Assembly (NCBI GenBank): GCA_038254115.1 | Contig: JBBSGK010000001.1 | Location: 67,778 to 131,777 of the forward strand | Length of the DNA: 64,000 nucleotides | Origin: Candidatus Levyibacteriota bacterium | Lineage (GTDB): Bacteria; Patescibacteriota; Microgenomatia; Levybacterales; UBA12049 | Direction: 5' to 3' | Shown: positions 57,509 through 64,000 of the stretch, one piece after another | Layout of the letters: every line of letters starts with the position of its first letter | Numbering within the stretch: position 1 is the first letter of the stretch | Made by a program: the position numbers and the translations under genes | Notes under the pieces: model-generated | Seen by the model: the letters and a program-made list of their open reading frames with translations, nothing else | The model's database searches: none | Told to the model about the DNA's origin: nothing

Positions 57509-59018
57509 GTTTTAATTCCTCCTCAACAAGGGTATTCGTTTGTTTCTTCCGCATTCCTTTTTTAATAGGCAAACTGAAACAGAATGTTGAGCCTTTTTTC
57601 ACGTCACTTGCAACCCAAATACGACCACTATGTCGCTTGATAATTTCTCCTGCAATGTACAAACCAAGCCCAAGTCCGGCAAAGGTATCTCTCTTCTTTC
57701 CGCCGACTCGAAAGAAGCGGTCAAACACTTTATCTTGTTTTTCTTTTGGTACTCCTACGCCGAAATCCTGCACACAAAGCGTTACAGTTTCTTTATCTTC
57801 AGACGTTGTGACAATAATTTTATTAGAATGAGGAGAGTATTTTATTGCGTTTGAAATGAGATTGGTAATCACCTGACCAATTCTGTCACGGTCACCATAA
57901 ATGGTTTTTGTAGTTGCTAGTTTCTTGACAATCGTATGTTTGGTTGATGTGAGCCGCATTTCATCAACAATCTCTGTTGTCAGTTCGTTAAAATCAAAAT
58001 ATCCTTCGTGAAACTGAAGTTTCCCGCCTTCAATCTTGGTTGAGTCAAGTAAATCAGCAATAAGGCTGGTTAGTTTGTTAATTTGACCGTCCATTCTTGA
58101 TAAGAGTTCAACTGCTTTTATATTTCCATCTTTTCGAAATCTGTTTTGTAATACTTGAGTGTATCCCTTAATACTTGTAACAGGTGTTTTTAATTCGTGA
58201 GAAGCAATACCAATAAACTCATCTTTTTGGATTTCAAGCTCTCTTCTTTTATTTATATCACGGTAATTTATGACTACTGCATAAACGTTAGGGTCGAAAA
58301 GCAGATTGGTCATAACAGACTCTAACCATATGAAACTACCGTTCTTGTGCTTAATTCTATGTGTTGTATGTCCACTACTGCCTCGTTTTTTGAGGACTTG
58401 TTCAAACAGTGTTGTGACTGGTTTTCTCTCGTCTGGGGGGACAAGTTCAAATGGATTTTTTAGTTTTTGAATCTCCTCTGGGGTATAGCCCATCACCCTT
58501 ATTGTGGAAGGGCTGGCATACAATACTTTACCAGCGGCATTAACAAGTGCAATCGCATCGTCACTTTTTTCAATCATTGCACGAAAACGTTTCTCATCTC
58601 TTTCCCTTGCCTCTTCCGCTTGCCTTTGTGCAGTAATGTCTTCAAGTGACAATAAAATAAGCTCAATGCCAGCAATCTTTCGGGCATTCAGTAGCATTGT
58701 TTTTTTCCCTATATCGGGAAAGTCATGCGTCACTTCTAAACCCGTTAACCGTTCTTTTTTTGGTAACACTTCTTCAAGGATTTTCCGTAGCTCTGGTATA
58801 TCCCACTGATGATTTCCTAACTTATAGACAAGTGTTCCTTCGGTATCCTTTTTGGATACTTTATACATTTTGTAAAAAGCAGCGTTTGCACTCACTACCT
58901 TGAGCGCGTCATTAAGGACGAGAAATGGCTCTCTGACAATATCAATAATGTCTTGTGCGTGTTTTATAGCATCACTTTGGTTATTATTACGCAACTCTTT
59001 TGTTGATTTTTTATTCAT
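57501..59018 (-). CDS. Two-PAS sensor histidine kinase (cytoplasmic)
   Basis: First PAS resembles the C-terminal PAS of CheB/CheR fusions (VREPFLVL...GNHQWDIPELR); ASHELKTPVT, NAIKYS, GLGLGL. Confidence 0.92.
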   Translation of the reverse strand: MNKKSTKELRNNNQSDAIKHAQDIIDIVREPFLVLNDALKVVSANAAFYKMYKVSKKDTEGTLVYKLGNHQWDIPELRKILEEVLPKKERLTGLEVTHDFPDIGKKTMLLNARKIAGIELILLSLEDITAQRQAEEARERDEKRFRAMIEKSDDAIALVNAAGKVLYASPSTIRVMGYTPEEIQKLKNPFELVPPDERKPVTTLFEQVLKKRGSSGHTTHRIKHKNGSFIWLESVMTNLLFDPNVYAVVINYRDINKRRELEIQKDEFIGIASHELKTPVTSIKGYTQVLQNRFRKDGNIKAVELLSRMDGQINKLTSLIADLLDSTKIEGGKLQFHEGYFDFNELTTEIVDEMRLTSTKHTIVKKLATTKTIYGDRDRIGQVITNLISNAIKYSPHSNKIIVTTSEDKETVTLCVQDFGVGVPKEKQDKVFDRFFRVGGKKRDTFAGLGLGLYIAGEIIKRHSGRIWVASDVKKGSTFCFSLPIKKGMRKKQTNTLVEEELKHE

Positions 59019-59196
59019 GATTTCCCTTCACCATCTTGAGCAAATCCTCTTTAGTAAACCGCCAGTCTCCCCGCGTACCTACCTTAATTCCGTTAAGCTG
59101 GTTTGTTTTCGCCCATCTGCGGATCGTACTTGCACTGATACCAAGAAATGCTGCTGACTGTTGAATATTTAGTAAATTGGAGTTTATTGTAGCCAT
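59011..59196 (-). CDS. Excisionase/BldC-like (MerR-type) HTH DNA-binding protein
   Basis: LLNIQQSAAFLGISASTIRRW...L...KVG.RGDWRF. Confidence 0.88.
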   Translation of the reverse strand: MATINSNLLNIQQSAAFLGISASTIRRWAKTNQLNGIKVGTRGDWRFTKEDLLKMVKGNHE

Positions 59197-59205
59197 AAAT
59201 GTTTT

Positions 59206-59247
59206 TAAACTTGTCTAAACTAGACTAAAACTTACTATACTTTACCA
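59206..59247 (-). promoter_or_regulatory. Four 10-bp phased direct repeats overlapping an extended -10 (candidate operator)
   Basis: taaacttgtc/taaactagac/taaaacttac/tatactttac; minus-strand TGGTAAAGT box. Confidence 0.6.
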
Positions 59248-59414
59248 TGGTTATATAATAAAGGAGTAAGAGTATAGCTGATATTTGCGCAAGAGTGGAT
59301 ACCTTTTATTTCAAACTTACTTTTTACAATCTTTGTTCCGACAATCCTAAGGAATGTTGGGGTAGTGGCACTTTTTCTCCTCCATAGCTTTTGCTTCGGT
59401 GGACAAAGCATTTT

Positions 59415-62156
59415 TTATGATAAATTAGGATAATGACATTTTTTCCACTTTTTACCACTTCCGCACCAGCAGGGGTCATTTCTACTTAATTTATTTTGCG
59501 CTTTTGCTTTTGGTTTTTTAGCATCTTGTGAGACTTCACTTTCAGGCGTGTTGGTTACTGCATTGGCAAGAGGGTTTGTCTTCGGAATTTGGGGAGCGTT
59601 TCCTGTCTGCGCCGGACCCTGATGTACAGTTCCATCTTCATGCGTGTGCTGCTCCTGGACCTGAAGCTTGTATATTCTGTGCGCGACCTCATCATTTATT
59701 GATGACATAAGACCTTCAAACATATTGAATCCTTCATTTTTATATTCAACCAGCGGATCTTTTTGCGCATATCCTCGGAGTCCAATACCTGATCTTAAGT
59801 TGTCCATTGCATCAAGATGGTTCATCCAGAGATTATCAATTACAGAAAGCAATACAAACTTCTCGACTTGGCGCATAAGAGTAGTTCCAACCTGAGCCTC
59901 GCGCTGATCATATATATCGCTTGCCATTTTGGTCAGAAATTCAGTCTTTTCCTCGATAGTATGCAGCTGCTCAAGTTGTTTGACCAACTGTTTTCTCGAC
60001 TGCTCATCAAAAGGTATGATTGTCCCGAATTCCTCTATTATTTTTTCGTTGTGTAGTTCTTGTTGGGCATCTTTTGCAATTGCTACAGCCACAATGGTAC
60101 TGATGGCAACGGAGATGCGGTTTTTAACTTCTTCTTTTAAGTTGGCATCTCCATCCTTTGCGGTTTCGAGAATTTTTCTTCTGAGTTGATAAATTATCTC
60201 CCGTTGTTTATTCAAAACATCATCGTATTCGACGAGATGTTTTCTGGTGTCAAAATTAAATCCCTCTACTTTTACCTGAGCGTTTTCAATTGATTTTGAA
60301 ACAAGCGGATGTTCAAGAGGAACGTCCTCAGGCATATTAAAGCGTGTCATAATCCCGGCAATTTTGTCACCGCCAAATAAGCGCATTATCTCATCATCCA
60401 AGGCAACAAAGAATCTGGACGCGCCGGGGTCACCTTGTCTGCCCGATCTTCCTCTTAGCTGGTTATCAATTCTCCGAGATTCGTGACGCTCTGTTCCGAT
60501 TACATACAATCCGCCAAGCCTGAGAACCTCATCATGTTCTTTTTCCCATTTTTTATATTCGGCTGAGCTTTTATTGGTTGTGCCGTCTTTATTCTTTGGT
60601 GTTTCTCCACCCAGTACGATATCAACTCCCCGGCCTGCCATGTTGGTCGCAACAGTTACTGCTCCCATTTTACCGGCCTCCGCGATAATCTCAGCTTCTC
60701 TTATATGGTTTTTGGCATTTAGTAGTTCAAATTTTATTTTCTTCCTTTTCAAATACTCCGCAACAATCTCATTCTTCTCAATTGATGTGGTACCGACCAG
60801 AACAGGCTGTTTCTTTTTGTGCGCTTCTTCAATTGCATTGACAACAGCTGCGTATTTAGCACGGGTTGTTTTATAAACTGCATCTGAATTGTCGATTCTA
60901 ACCATGGGATTGTGGGTTGGGATTACTACAACATCCAGCTCATAAATTTTTCTAAATTCCTCGGCTTCAGTAACAGCTGTTCCTGTCATTCCTGCCAATT
61001 TTTCATAAAGTCTAAAATAATTTTGGAGCGAAACAGTAGCAAGAGTTTTGGACTCCCGTTGAATCGGCACGTTTTCCTTGGCTTCAATTGCCTGGTGTAT
61101 TCCTTCAGATAGCCTTCTTCCCTCCATCAGGCGGCCTGTAAATTCGTCAACCAAAATCACCTGGTTGTCCTTAACGATATATTCTTTTTCTTTATGGAAT
61201 AAAGTACGCGCCTTAAGAGCGGCTTCCAAATGATAAACAACGTCAAAATCTTTTTCATAGATATCCGACACGCCGTAAAGCTTTTCAACTTTACCGATTC
61301 CATGATCTGTAAGATGTGCGGTGCGGAGTTTTTCATCAATTATGAAATCTGTGTCGGGAGCCAGCTTATCCACAACTTTGGCGTATTCATAATACCGCTG
61401 ACTTGGCTCCTCATCAGGTGCTGAGATGATGTGAGGGGTTCTGGCTTCATCGATAAGGACTGAATCGACCTCATCAACAATTGCATAGTAATAGCCCCGC
61501 TGAACCAGCTGATCAAGTTCCTGTGCCATATTGTCACGAAGGTAATCAAAACCAAACTCTGAATTAATACCATACGTTACATCGGCGAGATATGCTTCTT
61601 TGCGTGATACAGGTTTTAAATGAAGCAAGCGGTAATCAAAAGCATTTTCCTGTGTAAATTTGGGGTCATAGATAAATGATTGGTCATTTATAATTGATGA
61701 AACAGATACCCCAAGAAAGTCAAAAACAGGAGCGTTCCATCCTGCATCCCGTCTTGCCAGATAATCATTAACGGTAACCAGATGGACACCTTTTCCGGTT
61801 AGGCTGTGAAGATATAACGCAGGAATTGCTGAAATTGTCTTTCCCTCTCCCGTTTTTTGCTCGGCAATTTTACCGCTTGCAAGCGTAATTGCTGCCATAA
61901 GTTGAACGTCAAAATGGCGCATTCCCAAAGTACGTCTTGTTGCTTCACGGGCCAGCGCAAAAGCCTCAGGCATTATTTGTTCAAGAGTTTCTCCTTTTTT
62001 AAGTCTCTCTTTAAATTCTTTAGTTTTTTTGGGAAAGTCTGAGTCTTTTAACTTTTCAACCGTTTTCTCTAGATTGTTGATTTCATCAACGATTGGCTGG
62101 ATTTTTCCGACCTCCCGGTTGTTGGAATCAAAAAATTTATTTAAAATACCTAACAT
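59415..62156 (-). CDS. secA: Preprotein translocase subunit SecA
   Basis: KTGEGKT, IVDEVDSVLIDEARTP, ATNMAGRG, QLRGRSGRQGD, C-terminal CWCGSGKKWKKCH. Confidence 0.98.
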   Translation of the reverse strand: MLGILNKFFDSNNREVGKIQPIVDEINNLEKTVEKLKDSDFPKKTKEFKERLKKGETLEQIMPEAFALAREATRRTLGMRHFDVQLMAAITLASGKIAEQKTGEGKTISAIPALYLHSLTGKGVHLVTVNDYLARRDAGWNAPVFDFLGVSVSSIINDQSFIYDPKFTQENAFDYRLLHLKPVSRKEAYLADVTYGINSEFGFDYLRDNMAQELDQLVQRGYYYAIVDEVDSVLIDEARTPHIISAPDEEPSQRYYEYAKVVDKLAPDTDFIIDEKLRTAHLTDHGIGKVEKLYGVSDIYEKDFDVVYHLEAALKARTLFHKEKEYIVKDNQVILVDEFTGRLMEGRRLSEGIHQAIEAKENVPIQRESKTLATVSLQNYFRLYEKLAGMTGTAVTEAEEFRKIYELDVVVIPTHNPMVRIDNSDAVYKTTRAKYAAVVNAIEEAHKKKQPVLVGTTSIEKNEIVAEYLKRKKIKFELLNAKNHIREAEIIAEAGKMGAVTVATNMAGRGVDIVLGGETPKNKDGTTNKSSAEYKKWEKEHDEVLRLGGLYVIGTERHESRRIDNQLRGRSGRQGDPGASRFFVALDDEIMRLFGGDKIAGIMTRFNMPEDVPLEHPLVSKSIENAQVKVEGFNFDTRKHLVEYDDVLNKQREIIYQLRRKILETAKDGDANLKEEVKNRISVAISTIVAVAIAKDAQQELHNEKIIEEFGTIIPFDEQSRKQLVKQLEQLHTIEEKTEFLTKMASDIYDQREAQVGTTLMRQVEKFVLLSVIDNLWMNHLDAMDNLRSGIGLRGYAQKDPLVEYKNEGFNMFEGLMSSINDEVAHRIYKLQVQEQHTHEDGTVHQGPAQTGNAPQIPKTNPLANAVTNTPESEVSQDAKKPKAKAQNKLSRNDPCWCGSGKKWKKCHYPNLS

Positions 62157-62165
62157 ATGTAATTA

Positions 62166-62261
62166 TTTTCCATTTATCATTTACCATTTTCCATTGATTT
62201 TAGAATTTGAAGACTGGCCAATTGAAGATAAATGGTAGGTGGAAAATGTACACTGGCAAAT
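62166..62261. repeat. Inverted pair of degenerate 7-mer tandem arrays in the secA 5' region
   Basis: ttttcca tttatca tttacca ttttcca ... tggtagg tggaaaa tgtacac tggcaaa. Confidence 0.7.
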
Positions 62262-62291
62262 CGTATATCTATCTTACCACAAATTAGGTTC

Positions 62292-62333
62292 AAAAAAAAC
62301 CCCGCTCATTTATTTTAATAAGATGGGCGGGGC
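62292..62333 (-). terminator. Intrinsic terminator
   Basis: Minus strand ccccgcccat...atgagcgggg followed by T8. Confidence 0.85.
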
Positions 62334-62378
62334 TTACCAATTGATCAGTTGGTAATGTGTTTTAAACATTAACCAAAA

Positions 62379-62429
62379 CTATTTCTTTTTCTTTGTAGCT
62401 GTTTTCTTTGCTTTTTTCTTTGCTGGCAT
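62379..62429 (-). CDS. 16-aa Lys-rich peptide MPAKKKAKKTATKKKK
   Basis: Strong SD GGGAGGTGA 6 nt before the ATG, downstream terminator; not in the ORF track. Confidence 0.7.
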   Translation of the reverse strand: MPAKKKAKKTATKKKK

Positions 62430-62644
62430 GTAAAATCACCTCCCTTGTCTCGCCGAAGTTCGCACGAAGGCGTACTCCAAACCTTAGGATAATTTAATAG
62501 TGTAATTAATAACTTAATTTGTCAAGAAAATTTCATTGCTTCAAAAGTGGCAAATTAGCTTGATAATGCAACAAAAATTATGAATAGGAAATTATTACTT
62601 TTTTCTAACAAAATGAGGCTAAAAAATATTATTTTTTTAAAATA

Positions 62645-63511
62645 TTATTTATATTTTTGTATATATTGTTTGTAGGCTCTTGGGAACCGGAGAGCTGAGA
62701 AAAATGAGAATACGAGTCCCTGCCAAGAGTCGAGAAACCCTTTGTGCCGTATAAACGTATTTAAAAACCATCCAACAGGAAGAATTACCAAATACTTAAC
62801 TGCAGTTATTGGATCTTTACCGGTTTTTTTGATTTTAAGTTCCTGCGCTATAAGGTCAACATATCTATTGTTACGTTTTATATATCTTGAAAAGGTGGGG
62901 TCCGCCAGATGTATCAGGTCATTTTCCAGCCAGCCGACTCTGCCATTCACGCTAAATTGTTCATGGACGTCAACGCATGGAAGAAAAGCTTTGCTCTTTT
63001 TAATAAGTCTTATTACCCCATCTGGATAGACTCCGCCGTAACGCAGGTACCTACCCAGAAAATAATTAAGACGCGGAACAAAAAATGCAACATAAGGGTC
63101 CTCCTGTATTCCAATAGAACCATCCCTTTTTTCCAATAGTTGCTGATGCCTTAGGAATAATTTTCTTTTTGGAAGATATTCCTGATATTTTTTTAATTCT
63201 TTTTCCGTCATGTCAATAACTTTTTTTATCTCATGGCCCAACTCCGGGCTTACCTGCTCATCGGCATCAAGTTGCAGGACCCACTCATTTGTTGATAAAT
63301 CTATGGCTTTTTGTTTGTTAATATGAAAGATTGGGGGATTATCAGTAATTTTTATATGGGCGCCGTATTTTTTGGCAATTTCGGCTGTTTTGTCAGTTGA
63401 GGATCCGTCAACTATTATGATCTCAGAAGCAATATCTTTTACCGAATCAAGACAATCTCCGAGATCCTCCTCTTCGTTAAATGTAGCGAGCGCAACAGTT
63501 AATTTGGCCAT
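62645..63511 (-). CDS. Glycosyltransferase family 2
   Basis: ATFNEE, IVDGSSTD, LQLDADE, YPD..IRL, VHE. Confidence 0.92.
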   Translation of the reverse strand: MAKLTVALATFNEEEDLGDCLDSVKDIASEIIIVDGSSTDKTAEIAKKYGAHIKITDNPPIFHINKQKAIDLSTNEWVLQLDADEQVSPELGHEIKKVIDMTEKELKKYQEYLPKRKLFLRHQQLLEKRDGSIGIQEDPYVAFFVPRLNYFLGRYLRYGGVYPDGVIRLIKKSKAFLPCVDVHEQFSVNGRVGWLENDLIHLADPTFSRYIKRNNRYVDLIAQELKIKKTGKDPITAVKYLVILPVGWFLNTFIRHKGFLDSWQGLVFSFFSALRFPRAYKQYIQKYK

Positions 63512-63514
63512 ATG

Positions 63515-64000
63515 CTACTTTTTCTCAATTACTTTCTTGCCCATATATTTTTGCAGCACCTCAGGAATAAGTACGCTTCCATCAACTTGCTGATAGTTTT
63601 CAAGGATCGCTCCCAAAAGACGCGGCGTTGCAACAACTGTGTTGTTAAGGGTGTAAACATATTTCGTTGTGCCGTCTGAAGCATGATACTTCATGCTAAG
63701 TCTTCTTGATTGGAAGTCGTTGAAATAACTCGCCGAATGTGTTTCGCGGTATTTATTTTGTGAGGGGAACCACGTTTCTATGTCATATTTTTTGCGCTGT
63801 CCTGCTCCCATGTCACCCGTACACATAAGTAGAATTTGGTAGGGGAGATTTAGTTCTTGAAGGATCTGTTCTGAGAATCCGAGCATTTTTTCATGCCAAT
63901 CACGGGTGATTTTTTCATCCGCAACCGTTAATACAACCTGTTCAACTTTGTTAAATTGATGAACCCGGAAAAATCCCTTTGTATCTTTTCCGTATGTTCC
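63515..64000 (-). CDS. serS: Serine--tRNA ligase, C-terminal part (5' end outside window)
   Basis: GTYGKDTKGFFRVHQFNKVEQ, KYDIETWFP, DFQSRR, TLNNT..ATPR. Confidence 0.96.
   Translation of the reverse strand, partial: GTYGKDTKGFFRVHQFNKVEQVVLTVADEKITRDWHEKMLGFSEQILQELNLPYQILLMCTGDMGAGQRKKYDIETWFPSQNKYRETHSASYFNDFQSRRLSMKYHASDGTTKYVYTLNNTVVATPRLLGAILENYQQVDGSVLIPEVLQKYMGKKVIEKK

Noticed and set aside
59011-59196. Integrative element suggested by the excisionase-like HTH
   Set aside because: No integrase, att-like repeat or tRNA nearby
806-63593. Numerous 60-180 aa ORFs antisense to or overlapping recognised genes (e.g. 806-1216, 6890-7333, 49782-50294, 51941-52402, 56609-57157)
   Set aside because: Shadow ORFs of well-supported genes, with no motifs or independent start signals
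1-64000. Alternative genetic code (UGA=Gly) and tRNA/rRNA genes
   Set aside because: Core genes end in TGA at expected positions and RF2 is present; no tRNA or rRNA-like sequence was recognised in the short intergenic gaps

Overview
Chromosomal segment of a reduced-genome bacterium using genetic code 11 (RF2 is present and TGA is used as stop). Gene content and architecture point to a CPR/Patescibacteria (Microgenomates-like) organism; this is inference from the short IF2, AlaRS lacking C-Ala, sortase, baseplate-J-like protein and many near-leaderless promoters. Left part: clpB/C end, nusA-infB-DHH-like, rpsO-pnp, a protease-less Lon ATPase, gnd, rnj, ftsK, rodZ-like, mltG, AMP/thymidine phosphorylase, sortase, alaS, glgA-glgP and corA. 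Middle: a 17-kb, 14-gene de novo purine operon on the minus strand (purF-purN fusion, purD, purS-purL, purQ, purP, purH, phosphatase, second purP, purB, purK, purE, purC, HAD, purM). Its leader holds an intrinsic terminator, a hairpin followed by an A-tract, and two candidate leader ORFs, suggesting a purine/ATP-sensing attenuator. Right part: prfB, a KGG protein, a stand-alone cyanophycin-synthetase N-domain, GNAT, CofE-like ligase, orphans, a queuosine-precursor transporter, an HTH/PAS-kinase/receiver module with 10-bp phased repeats, secA, an unannotated 16-aa Lys-rich peptide unit, GT2 and serS (partial). Throughout are small palindromic or tandem-repeat elements: cassettes carrying a GIY-YIG nuclease or a four-helix-bundle gene, empty copies of those arms, and short GC-rich palindromes inserted in frame into purL, alaS and probably nusA. 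No rRNA, tRNA or CRISPR array was seen.
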